Positions 37,378 through 49,620 of a stretch of DNA of 64,000 nucleotides are shown piece by piece. The notes below the pieces were generated by a model, which worked only from the letters and a program-made list of their open reading frames with translations, searched no databases and had not been told where the DNA came from. The DNA lies in NCBI GenBank assembly GCA_964658305.1, contig OZ210885.1:10416001-10480000 (forward strand). Reading direction: 5' to 3'. Made by a program: the position numbers and the translations under genes. The number at the start of each line of letters is the position of its first letter. Within the stretch, counting starts at the first letter, position 1. The stretch is from Leptogorgia sarmentosa. Lineage: Eukaryota.

Positions 37378-37496
37378 TGTCCATTATCATGCACCCTGCC
37401 TTCATTTACCTTTATGAATCATCGACTTCTTTTCGAGCTCATCAAGTATACGTCTTCCTTCACGACGGCTGCACGAAGTTCTTCCGGCTACTTTGG
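37378..37496 (-). pseudogene. Antisense fragment homologous to the exon 5 3' end and donor site (41878-41996)
   Basis: Minus strand reads KVAGRTSCSRREGRRILDELEKKSMIHKG|gtaaatgaaggcagggtgcat, versus KVAGRTSCKDREARRILDELEKKSMIQKG|gtaaatgaaggcagggtgcat in exon 5. Confidence 0.9.
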
Positions 37497-37737
37497 TCGC
37501 ATTTTTGGAGCACATTGTGGGACAATAGGGCAATATTTCTAAAAAGAATATTGCATGATGCTTCGAAATATAATTTCATTTCTAATGCTGACCAGAGAAT
37601 ATCGCACATTCATACATGTATTGTTCTCTGAATAAAGCATCATTTGTATCTCTGCAGATATTTTAATCTTTAATGTTTATTCATGAAAATTTAATATAAA
37701 TTGAAATATTTATAGCTGTTTACTTGTATCTCTGCAG

Positions 37738-39169
37738 ATGAATGCCGTGGTAGAGAAACTTGACAACATCCAGTCAAAACTGGTCTGCAGAATTGAAAAA
37801 GTTGAAAAATGTGTCGCGAAAAACTCGGAAAAACTTGTCCATCAGTCGAAGGAACTTGGAGAACACTCAGAGGAACTGGACCATCAGTCAAAGGAACTTG
37901 GAGAACACTCGAAGGAACTGGAACATCAGTCAAAGGAACTAGAAGAACACTCAAAGGAACTGGACCAACACTCAGCAAAGTTTGATCATCAGTCAAAGGA
38001 ACTTGGAGAACACTCAAAGGAACTGGACCATCAGTCAAAGGAACTTGGAGAACACTCGAAGGAACTGGAACATCAGTCAAAGGAACTAGGAGAACACTCA
38101 AAGGAACTGGACCAACACTCAGCAAAGTTTGATCATCAGTCGAAGGAACTTAGAGAACACTCAAAGGAACTGGACCATCAGTCAAAGGAACTTGGAGAAC
38201 ACTCGAAGGAACTGGAACATCAGTCAAAGGAACTAGGAGAACACTCAAAGGAACTGGACCATCAGTCGAAGGAACTTGGAGAATATTCAAAGGAACTGGA
38301 GCAACACTCAGCAAAATTTGATCATCAGTCGAAGGAACTTGGAGAACACTCAAAGGAACTTGAACAACACTCGGCAAAATTTGATCATCAGTCAAAGGAA
38401 CTTGGAGAACACTCAAAGAAATTGGACCAACACTCAGCAAAATTTGATCATCAGTCGAAGGAACTGGATCATCAGTCGAAGGAACTTGGAGAACACTCAG
38501 AGGAACTGGACCATCAGTCAAAGGAACTAGGAGAACACTCGAAGGAACTGGACCATCAGTCGAAGGAACTTGAACAACACTCGAAGGAACTTGGAGAACA
38601 CTCGAAGGAACTGGAACATCAGTCAAAGGAACTAGGAGAACACTCAAAGGAACTGGAACATCAGTCAAAGGAACTTGGAGAACACTTAAAGGAACTGGAC
38701 CAACACTCAGCAAAGTTTGATCATCAGTCGAAGGAACTTGGAGAACACTCAAAGGAACTGGACCATCAGTCAAAGGAACTTGGAGAACACTCAAAGGAAC
38801 TGGAACATCAGTCAAAGGAACTTGGAGAACACTCAAAGGAACTGGACCATCAGTCGAAGGAACTTGAACAACACTCGAAGGAACTGGACCATCAGTCGAA
38901 GGAACTTGGAGAACACTCAAAGGAACTGGACCATCAGTCGAAGGAATTTGAACAACACTCGAAGGAACTGGACCATCAGTCGAAGGAACTTGGAGAACAT
39001 TCAAAGCAACTTGGAGAACACTCAGCAAAATTTGAACATCATTCCAAGGAGCTTCAAAGCCATGCGGACAAAATTGAGAGTACTTTCAAAGAAATTAAAT
39101 GTTTACAGCAAAATGTCAACAAGACGGAGAGTCATCGTGAGAAACAAAGAAATTATTCGCCACCAAAAG
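37738..39169 (+). CDS. STAND receptor exon 3: long heptad-repeat coiled coil
   Basis: tctgcag|ATG, phase 0; 21-bp coding repeats SKELGEH/SKELDHQ/SAKFDHQ; donor AAAG|GTATTA, phase 1. Confidence 0.88.
37846..39063 (+). repeat. Coding minisatellite: 58 x 21-bp units with a 147-bp higher-order unit
   Basis: 1218 bp equals exactly 58 heptads; 7-heptad blocks start at 37846 and 37993. Confidence 0.95.
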
Positions 39170-39802
39170 GTATTAAATTGTTGAAAAAAATATTACAATG
39201 TGATTACGCGCCACAAATTAGCCAGCGAGAGTAATTGTAGGAGTATATTCGGATCTGTTGAGAAGCCACTTAATTTTATGTATGAATTAAGCAGTTATAT
39301 AGGTATATCAGTTAGACGTTTAGTATTTTAGCATTATTCAATATTTGGTCCATCAGTTAGATAGTTTGCGTAGTGTTCTCCAGTTTAACGTTTCTAAATT
39401 AGCACAGGTGTACAACGCAAAAAGTTGGGAAAATGGCGTGTATGCAATCCAAAAGACCTCGCATGCAGTGTTTTGGCACAGGCAGATAACAGAATTTTCT
39501 TGAATATTTATTAAACTATTTTAATTTGACGATTTCAGACACGACAACTCATGCGAGGAAAGCCATACGTAAAAAATTCTGAAGATTTAGCCAATCAGGG
39601 TGAAGTAATTTTTCCCTGAATGAGGAAATATCCTCTTCATTAGTCATTCATCAGGTTTTATTAAATTTACCCTCTATATGATTATGGGAAAAAGTAGCCA
39701 GTTTGAGACAATACAAAGAATGTGCATGAATTTAGCTAGAAAGTCAGAGAATGTGCATTTTTAAACGCAACGCCTATTAAATACATACACCCCCCCCCCG
39801 AT

Positions 39803-39953
39803 AAAACGCCACCATTGAAAATAATCTATAACAACATTTTCGATAGCTATTAAGAAATTTTCAACAATTTGTGCACCCTTGGGTTAAACTTATAGTGCGA
39901 GGCACGGAGGCATTGTAATTCTAACAATAGATTATTTTCAATGGTAGCGTTTT
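39803..39953. repeat. 27-bp inverted repeat pair (MITE relic)
   Basis: aaaacgccaccattgaaaataatctat versus atagattattttcaatggtagcgtttt, one mismatch. Confidence 0.7.
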
Positions 39954-40097
39954 CAATTGTTTGGGACGCCCAGTAGATTGACACGATGCAGCGTTAGCAA
40001 AAGGGTCGCCGGCTAATATATGTAATTAATTGTCCATTCGTTACGCACACAAAAGTGGGTCTACTAATACAGCATCAATTCTTATTTTATATGTTAG

Positions 40098-40435
40098 TTG
40101 CCCATGGATTACGCAGTCTACCTCGTGACATGGTGGAAAGACCATCAGAAGTGAACGAGATATTAAGGTTACTTGCGGATGGAAATGATAGAGTTGGTGT
40201 GGTTGGGAATCGTGGGGGCGACGTCGTTGGTATCCGTGGTATGGGGGGTCTGGGTAAGACCATCTTAGCTCTGGCCGTTGCTTGGGCTGCCAAAGAATCT
40301 CGTCAGGTAATATGGCTTGACATTGGAGAAACTCCAGACTGTCTAGCGCTGATTAACCTCCTCATAAAAGACATTGGTGGAGAAATGACGTTCCCTGATA
40401 TCCGTGCCGCGCAAGGCTGGATAAAAGCAAATACG
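40098..40435 (+). CDS. STAND receptor exon 4: NB-ARC with Walker A
   Basis: atgttag| phase 1; LPRDMVERPSEV...VVGIRGMGGLGKTILA...VIWLDIG; donor ACG|GTATGT, phase 0. Confidence 0.95.
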
Positions 40436-40504
40436 GTATGTGCGCATTTCCCAGGGTTTATATAATACTGGTTGCCACGATGTAACAAAATATACCCATA
40501 GGGC

Positions 40505-41165
40505 TAATTTACTTTATCCCTGTAAACGGCAGCGTAGCGGAGTATGTAGGGCTCAGATTCGGCGCCGCCGTTTTGGGCTATCGTGAATGGTCATCACTGA
40601 TCTCAAAAATATGGCGGACAATCATGAAAAGCCGAAGCTTTTTAAAGCCTTTGGAAAGGCGAAAACAAAGACAAGATCTGCGCTGTAAGATTTAAGGTCG
40701 CCGTAGCCGCATTTAATCTTCTCACGATTTAATTCCAGAGTATAAGTTCATGTTTTTAAAAGCAAAACTTCACAAAATATTTACAAATTTTATCCTAAAA
40801 GAACACGAGCGAACATTGGCTGGAAATTGTTTGATATCAAAGATTGACTTAAATATTTAAATGAAAAGTTTCATGCAAATAAATGCAGTATTTCGCAGCA
40901 AATTCAAGTTTATATTAGTCCTAATAACGTACGGATAACAATTAATGGTTCTCCAAATTAAAAAAAGCGCCAATAAAACAAAGATATAAAAGCTAATATT
41001 TTGACTGTTTTCAAAATATACAGAAATATGAATTGCCGATCGCGTTGCCATGAAACAACCTCAGGCGGCTCTGTCGTACTTCATGTTCCAAATATATAGT
41101 TGCATTTTTTTGCAACTTCTAAAAAAAGGCGAGGGGTGCTGCATATACGTATTTCTATTTTCTAG
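40505..41165 (-). mobile_element. Second, internally deleted copy of the 7112-8670 repeat family, in intron 4
   Basis: Reverse-complement similarity to 7112-7830; lacks about 150 bp found at ~7572-7720 and lacks the nested MITE. Confidence 0.75.
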
Positions 41166-41321
41166 CATAAACTTTCATTGATCCCGATTCTTTTACCACG
41201 TTTCTGTCATGAGAGTTGGTGAGGGTCGTCCTTCTGATTCAGAAGCCATGTTTACTCTACCCCTGCTTTGCCACAATTAATTTTACCCTTGCGACGATAA
41301 AGTAGATTCTATGTATTGCAG

Positions 41322-41964
41322 AGTGACAAAGATTGCTTGGTGATTCTTGATGATGTTTGGAATGTAAACCACGCTTCTGTGTTTGATCATCTCTCTGGAA
41401 AATGCCAATTATTAATAACTACCAGAGATTCTGAAGTTGTCCGCGGTTTACAAGGTTCTGCTTTGTACACACTCAAATTTTTAAAACGGGATGATTCTTA
41501 CAAGCTCTTGTATCAAACTGCCCGAGTCACCACGGACGAGCAGTCTAAGTTTAGTTCAAACATGCGGCAAATTATAGAGGAACTGTTAAACCACTGCGGC
41601 GATCTACCGCTAGCTCTGTCCCTAGTGGGTTCAAGTTTAGCCGACACTCGCGACGAACAAGACTGGGAGGACGTTTTAAATGACCTAAAAACAGCAGACT
41701 TGGTAAAATTACGTTCAATATATCCCGCCAACGCTTATCCTTACAACAACGTTTTAACAGCCATTAACGCCAGCTTTCAACATTTGGACGAAGAAATACG
41801 AGAAACGTTTCTAGATTTCGCTTTATTTCCAGAAGATACGGATGTACCATCAGACATTCTTGAGCTGTTTTGGTCTTCCAAAGTAGCCGGGAGAACTTCT
41901 TGTAAAGATCGTGAAGCAAGACGTATACTTGATGAGCTTGAAAAGAAGTCGATGATTCAAAAAG
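41322..41964 (+). CDS. STAND receptor exon 5: Walker B, sensor 1, GxP, start of winged helix
   Basis: ttgcag| phase 0; CLVILDDVW, LLITTRD, CGDLPLAL, FLDFALFPED; donor AAAG|GTAAAT, phase 1. Confidence 0.96.
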
Positions 41965-42157
41965 GTAAATGAAGGCAGGGTGCATAATAATAGACAAAAA
42001 TATATCGCTACAGTTGGAAACAGGGTGTAAAAATTACTATAACTGAAGAAACATCATAAAATGGGAATATCATTGCCAGACACAGTTCGCTCATTGTGTG
42101 TACATTGTATCAGTGCGAACAAAATTATATCCATTTCAGACGATAATGGGTATTGTT

Positions 42158-42582
42158 ATATAGTTGGTGTCAATGTTCAATTTTCCTGTTTGCTGATTGG
42201 ACAAAACCGTATCACGTGCCGGTCCACATAACGCCATGTTCGCCAACCGGTCAAAAATAAAAAAATTATTGACCGGGCAACAATTAAATAGGCACAATGC
42301 GCTTGCGCGTCAACCGTGAAGTCCAAAGTTCATTCAATCGTACGATGTTTTGAAATTTATCGAACATGTACGGCGTAAGGCGTCCCATTCAATGTCTGTT
42401 TTTTTGGTTTCAAAGTTAACTCCAGTATTAAACCGGTGAATTCATTGATATTTTGACACTAAACTATACAAAAAAACGCTAAACCTCGAGAAACATTGTG
42501 TTTTGTGGCCCCTCAACCGCCATTCAACGGTAGTCTCAGGGCCACAAAACACAATGTTTCCCTCGGTCTCAGTAAATAAGTG
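42158..42582. mobile_element. Unclassified repeat ending in a long hairpin
   Basis: gaaacattgtgttttgtggccc ... gggccacaaaacacaatgtttc perfect 22-bp stem within ~42490-42560; overall boundaries approximate. Confidence 0.5.
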
Positions 42583-43098
42583 ATAATTAAATCACTTCTG
42601 CGTTATAAATAGTATGTAAATTGTGCCAAATTTGCATGGGCACAATTTCCCCATTTTATGATATTTATTCTTCAAACTTGGCTTTCATACTAATTTCAGC
42701 ACGCTGTTTCCAACTGTGATGATAGCTTGTTGCTTGTTGTCTTATTTTTAAACTTTTGTGATCGCTAAATTTGTATGTTGCTTCCTGCACCATAATCAAA
42801 TGAAATTCAAGAAAACGACGTGAGGTTTCTGAAATATTTTTTTACTACAGCTCCTTTTGCGAAAGCTGGATATTAACTGTCAACACGTTGTTAGGCTGAA
42901 CATTTAATCAAACCAATGTCAAACAAGCCTAAGGAAATTAATTTTCAGCTATAATCGTATGTTGACTCATATGTGGGCAAGCCAAATTTGCCCGTTCATT
43001 TGCCCAATATTTATAGTGTTTTCCTCTGACATTCCTAGATGAGTAACAAATCGAATTGAATGGAAAATACTTCCATCGCCCTGGGGTATGCTAAGTCT

Positions 43099-45460
43099 AA
43101 AAAATAGGTTCGCAAAGCGCACATGTATCTGCGAATGGTGAAGCAGAACTGACGGATGAGCCGTCGGAAAGCGCAATCGGACATGCTAAAAAGTCCTGGT
43201 TGCGCTTAAATCTACCTCTAAAGTATTGGTTTGCAAGCAATAAATGAACCTAAGCTAAAGCTAACCCTAAATATGAAACTAATCGAACCCCAAAGCCTAA
43301 CGCACAAAACATTAAAACCTAGAACTATACTCAAACAGATTTCCTAAATCAGCATACTGTCTTATTAAATATGCGATGTTTAGTTAGTGTTGACTGTTCT
43401 CATATACAGCATTTCTCACCTTCCTCCTTCGACTCTTTCGTGAAAAATACGAGGAAATTCCTTGGGAAAAAACTTTCTTTGTGCCTCCAATATGCATAAA
43501 ACTATGGCTTTATACTGAATATCGTGGGATTACCTAATATTACATGTAAATGTCATTAAATTATTTAATTATATCGTTTTGGCCTTAATTCAATTTTGAC
43601 CGCCATCTTGAATATGATTAGATTTAACCTGCGAACAGGCTACTTTAACAGAATGTATCCAGTTTTTATTTAGCGTGCTGTGACAAAACCGTTCATGGGT
43701 CGGCCATCTGGACAGTGTGCTCTGTACGCATTTTCAATTTACAAATCGAAAGGCCGATAAAACCAGGGGCGTAGCGAGGGGGGGGGGCGTGGGGGGTGTG
43801 ACACCCCCCCAATTTTTTTGAAAATGGTCGGTAAATGAATTGCGGTCGGTTTTGAAGCCAAAGGGTCGGTAAATTTTCAATTTATGTCATTAAATCACAG
43901 AGAGAGCAGAAAAGTAAAATATGTAAAAGTATATGCCTGTTGTCTATGTCCGTGTGCGATTACTTCGCAAGCTGTGGTTGTACTACATCTAAGACCTCTA
44001 GACTCTATTCTGAGTGTTAAGGCTTTGGTTAACACTCTGAAATGGCCGTTTCCGGCGATCTAGAGGCTCTAAATTCACAAAATTTTCTCGCTCGACGCCA
44101 ACCATGGTGGCGTCTCGTGAGACTCGCCCTCCCCACCAAATAATCCGGCCCTGTCGTGCCCAAACCTATTTAGTCGGTAAAATATTTTGCTTTACACCCC
44201 CCCTATCGGAATGGCTTCGCTACGCCACTGGATAAAACAGCACGCTGCCGTTTCAAATCCTTTGTTAAATTACAACTGCACATTGACAGGGTCCTGCAAA
44301 GTCAAGATTGTTTGCTTAAACCGTCGTACTTAAACACTGCACTTCACATTTTCGCAAAAATCCGATCGAACATCGCCTTCACTCCTCGAACGCCGCCATC
44401 TTGCATTACGTAATTATAAGCAAAAGCTCGTCGCTGATTGGCTAGAAGCTAACAGCTAACAGGTAACAGCTAACAGCTAACAGGGTCATAGCATAGTATC
44501 TGCGTTCGCAGATACAAAAATAGGTTCGCAAAGCGCACATGTATCTGCGAATGGTGAAGCAGAACTGACGGATGAGTCGTCGGAAAGCGCAATCGGACAT
44601 GCTAAAAAGTCCAGGTTGCGCTTGAATCTACCGCTAAAGTATTGGTTTGCAAGCAATAAATGAACCTAAACTAAAGCTAACCCTAAATATGAAACTAATC
44701 GAACCACAAAGCCTAACGCACAAAACATTTAAACCTAGAACTATACTCAAACAGATTTCCTAAATCAGCATGCTGTCTTATTAAATAAGCGATGTTTAGT
44801 TAGTGTTGACTGTTCTCATATACAGCATTTCTCACCTTCCTCCTTCGACTCTTTCGTGAAAAATACGAGGAAATTCCTTGGGAAAAAACTTTCTTCGCGC
44901 CTCCAATATGCATAAAACTATGGCTTTATACTGAATATCGTGGGATTACCTAATATTACATGTAAATGCCATTAAATTATTTAATTATATCGTTTTGGCC
45001 TTATTTCAATTTTGACCGCCATCTTGAATATGATTAGATTTAACCTGCGAACAGGCTACTTCAGCAGAATGTATCCAGTTTTTATATAGCGTGCTGTGAC
45101 AAAACCGTTCATGGGTCGGCCATCTGGACAGTGTGCTCTGTACGCATTTTCAATTTACAAATCGAAAGGCCGATAAAACAGCACGCTGCCGTTTCAAATC
45201 CTTTGTTAAATTACAACTGCACATTGACAGGGACCTGCAAAGTCAAGATTGTTTGCTTAAACCGTCGTACTTAAACACTGCACTTCACATTTTCGCAAAA
45301 ATCCGATCGAACATCGCCTTCACTCCTCGAACGCCGCCATCTTGCATTACGTAATTATAAGCAAAAGCTCGTCGCTGATTGGCTAGAAGCTAACAGCTAA
45401 CAGCTAACAGCTAACAACTGAAAGATCATAGCATAGTATCTGCGTTCGCAGATACAAAAA
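43099..45460. mobile_element. Two head-to-tail copies of a ~945-bp Helentron/HINE-like non-autonomous element
   Basis: Units start aaaaataggttcgcaaagcgc at ~43099 and ~44516. Each has a subterminal gtatctgcgaa motif, a terminal hairpin gtatctgcgttcgcagatac, (agctaac)n and ctaaccct microsatellites, A-run junctions and no TSD. Confidence 0.7.
43764..44230 (+). mobile_element. hAT MITE copy 1
   Basis: TIRs CAGGGGCGTAGCGA/TCGCTACGCCACTG; 8-bp TSD GATAAAAC at 43756-43763 and 44231-44238; empty site visible at ~45172. Confidence 0.96.
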
Positions 45461-45736
45461 TTATTGTTCTATAGCCTGACTGCAGTCCCAGAATGCTCTA
45501 GTGTCCTGTACAAAAACGTTTCGAATCACCATACGTGACTAATATGTTCTCTAATGGCAGAATTTAATTCAGTGCGAAATGGCGCACGATCGACTTTTAG
45601 CGAACGCCCTATTTTGAAATACAAACAGTCAACGATTCTCATTAACTTTGGGTGATTGCAAGCATTTCAAAAGAAAGCGATCGCTAACCAAAATTTTGCA
45701 CTTAATTGAAATTCGCCTTATAACGATAATTTTCAG

Positions 45737-46150
45737 GATCTGGTATCCATGGAAAGAAGAGCTACCGTCTCCACGATCTGCTTTTGGGTTTTGCACGTGC
45801 AAAACTAGGAGGAGGCAAACTAAGTTCTGTCCAAAGATTGTTCGTGAAGGCACTTCGTGGTCATTGCGAGAACGGTGATTGGGGAAAATTTGAAGGCCAC
45901 AAGGATTATTATTTCAAGTACCTGACCTATCACCTCCACTCCTCCGAACAATTTGATGAACTACATAAACTGTTCTTCAATTTTAACTGGCTTTATGAAA
46001 AGGTGAATCAATTCGATCTCCCCTCCTTAATATCAGATTTTCGTTTTCTGGACCCTCCCTCGGAAGAAATCGAACTGCTCAAGTCGTCGTTGATGCGGTC
46101 TTTCGAGGTTATCGAGAAGAATTTGCATTCTATTGGTCCACAGCTGTTAG
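45737..46150 (+). CDS. STAND receptor exon 6: MHD-type motif and helical domain 2
   Basis: ttttcag| phase 1; SYRLHDLLLGFAR...YYFKYLTYHL...LFFNFNWLYEKV...PQLL; donor TTAG|GTAATT, phase 1. Confidence 0.95.
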
Positions 46151-46954
46151 GTAATTACTTCCTTTTTTTGCTAAATTTTGTTTCACTGCTTACACGATAC
46201 GATAAGATTCCACATTTCTGACGAAGGCTTTTGAAAACTGGTGTATCAAATTCATCCGATTGGTTTTTACTTGGTTTCCATATATTCACTAATATAAAAA
46301 CCCTTGTGTTTTCCCCCGACCCAACTTCTATTTAACGACTAAGGGTCTTTGCTCGATACGTCGAAACGGCTACCAGCACTGCCCAAGTACGGTTGCATGT
46401 AGATGAATGGCAATTGTTTTGGATTGTTGCCACACTATATAACGCGAAGTATTACTTCATGAATGTTATGCCTATCTTTATAAATACTCCATTAGGCATG
46501 CTATCCGAAAACAAAGATTCTCTATTGTTAACCAGCTAGTTCGTATGTATACGCGGTTCTTACATATGATGCGTCTCCATGGGTAATACACGCCCATGAT
46601 CACTGTCATTCACACTGCAAAAAATCCATTTCTGGATATGAGTAAAATGACTCAAAAATTGAGTCAGGATGCTCACGTTTTGAGTGAATTGAAATTGTTA
46701 CTCAAATAGCTGAGTAAAAATACTCACATCTGAGAGTAAGCACTATTTGCAAGTAATTTTACTCAATCATGCGAGTAATACAATACTCATTATATTGAGT
46801 AAAAAGTCATCTTGAGTCATTTTAACCAACAACATGAGTAAATTGACTCAAAAGGATGAATATTTACTCAACCGCAAAAACAATACTCAAAAATTTGAGT
46901 AATTTGAACTATATAACTCAAAAGTTGAGTAAAGTCAACAAAATGTCAAAACAA

Positions 46955-47730
46955 GTTACTCACAGATATCCACGACATGAGTAAGTTCACTCACAGCTAC
47001 CACGACATGAGTAACTTTACTCACAACTACCATGACATGAGTAACTTTACTCACAGCTACCATGACATGAGTAACTTTACTCACAGCTACCATGACATGA
47101 GTAACTTTACTCACGCTACCACGACATGAGTAACTTTACTCACAACTACCATGACATGAGTAACTTTACTCACAGCTACCATGACATGAGTAACTTTACT
47201 CACGCTACCACGACATGAGTAACTTTACTCACAACTACCATGACATGAGTAACTTTACTCACAGCTACTCATGACATGAGTAACTTTACTCACAGCTACC
47301 ATGACATGAGTAACTTTACTCACGCTACCACGACATGAGTAACTTTACTCACAACTACCATGACATGAGTAACTTTACTCACAGCTACTCATGACATGAG
47401 TAACTTTACTCACAGCTACTCATGACATGAGTAACTTTACTCACAGCTACTCATGACATGAGTAACTTTACTCACAGCTACCATGACATGAGTAACTTTA
47501 CTCACAGCTACGCATGACATGAGTAACTTTACTCACAGCTACGCATGACATGAGTAACTTTACTCACAGCTACTCATGACATGAGTAACTTTACTCACAG
47601 CTACTCATGACATGAGTAACTTTACTCACAGCTACGCATGACATGAGTAACTTTACTCACAGCTACGCATGACATGAGTAACTTTACTCACAGCTACGCA
47701 TGACATGAGTAACTTTACTCGCAGCTACTT
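46955..47730. repeat. ~30-bp minisatellite (~25 copies) with an internal palindrome
   Basis: Unit TGAGTAActTTACTCAcagctaccatgaca, 29-31 bp variants. Confidence 0.95.
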
Positions 47731-49024
47731 ATGATATGAAGATTGTCATCGTTGCATATACGTAAAAATTTGCATAACTGCCAACATGAACCAATCAGTG
47801 AGTCCCAAAGGGATACCGTTGAGTCACATAATTGTCTATTCGGCACCTGGAATCCTACACGTTTATCCTGCTTTGTGTTCAGAGCAAAGTTTCTTGTGGT
47901 CGAAGACCCGCTTATACTACCGAAAGTTAAGCTTTTTTAAATCTCGCTATTATGGAGCAAGTCCAGGAATGTTTGAAGAAAAATGGTTTTGAAGAATATC
48001 GTGACAGATTCCTTGGTAAGTTATTGTGGAATAATGTATTAATGCGCTACTTAAGGCGAAGCACATTTGTCTACATCTGCCGATTAACAGTGCCGAGTAT
48101 TAATGTTTAAAGCCTAGTTATAGGTTTGTGTTTTTGAAATACCTTCTGCTTTGTTTATTTGTGACAACGGAATCTGCAATTGTGACTGTGTGCCACCCGA
48201 AATACCGTATAAGCTAGCGGTATAATCAAAGGAGTTTGATGTCACTAAACACCATGAGCAGTGGTTGCTAGTAATCTCTCAACTAGCTGATGCTATAAAT
48301 AATAAATTATCTGCATCAGAAAGAAATTCTTCATAATGACATAAAGTGCGACAACATATTACTTGTAATTTGCTCGCGTTTGTGTTGTCCAATACTTATT
48401 GACTTTGGTAAGGCATGTCTTATCAATAAAGAAAAGAAGAAAACTGATATAGGCTACATGCACTGGTATAATATGCATGTGCTTAATAATTTCATTGTAC
48501 TTGACCATGCAATTCAGGGATTAACTTAACATTCTGTAATAACAGTACATGCAAGTAAACAGACTGTCCTGAAATAAATATCTTAGTATAGGAAATTTTA
48601 CTTAAATGTTGTCATATCACATATGCATGTGATTTGTTGCAAACAACTCCGCATTCGTGATAAATCTACATCACTCAATCTCTGCACGTATTTTGCATTT
48701 TAGGAGGAATCCACGGTTGAGAAAACCGTCGAGGGTTATCGGAGAGATTACCATAGAATTTTTATCAAAGATGACTGTCGAACACCCGAACGAGTTGTCA
48801 TTGCGGCAGAACGCACAGTGTTGTTCTCGGTGGAAGTTGTGGAATCGTCAAAGCAAGTTTAGCACTGCTGGAAACGTATTACGTATTTATGTTTGAGTAT
48901 CCTCAAATATTGAACACAACTTTTATTTATATTTGCAAAAATGCGTTTTAAATATTATACAGGATGGGAAAAAACTTCCTGCAGCAATTGTAAATTTTGT
49001 TAACGATATGGATTAAAGGATTTT

Positions 49025-49620
49025 GAGGAGTCAGAATTACTCATAAATTTGAGTCAATTTTCATTTTACTCAGGATGTTGAGTCACTGTGGGTACATTTT
49101 GCGTGAGTCAATTTTACTCAACATTATGAGTCAGAATTACTCATAAATTTGAGTCAATTTTCATTTTACTCAGGATGTTGAGTCACTGTGGGTGCATTTT
49201 GCGTGAGTCAATCTCACTCAACACTTTGAGTAAATTTACTCTTAAGTTTGAGTAAATTGTAGTTTTACTCAGGATGTTGAGTCACTGTGGGTGCATTTTG
49301 CGTGAGTCAATCTCACTCAACATTTTGAGTAAATTTACTCTTAAGTTTGAGTAAATTTTAGTTTTACTCAGGATGTTGAGTCACTGTGGGTGCATTTTGC
49401 GTGAGTCAATCTCACTCAACATTTTGAGTAAAATTACTCTTAAATTTGAGTAAATTGTAGTTTTACTCAAGATGTTGAGTCACTGTGGGTGCATCTTACT
49501 TGAGTCAATTTTACTCAACATTTTGAGTAAAAGTACTCTTATTTTGAGTAAATTTTACTCAACAATTTGGGTCACTGTGGGTGCATCGTTTTACTCAGAA
49601 ATTTGAGTCAAAATACTCAG
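49025..49620. repeat. Subterminal tandem repeats (~100-bp period) of the CACTG element
   Basis: ttttactcaggatgttgagtcactgtgggtgcattttgcgtgagtcaat recurs about every 100 bp. Confidence 0.85.

Noticed and set aside
37691..39184. Long alternative-frame and antisense ORFs (38150-39028 -, 37691-38125 -, 38717-39184 +)
   Set aside because: By-products of a stop-poor 21-bp repeat; only the 37738 frame joins the flanking exons.
46955..47730. CRISPR-like array of ~30-bp palindromic repeats
   Set aside because: No unique spacers; units are directly tandem inside a TIR element in a eukaryotic intron, and no cas genes are present.
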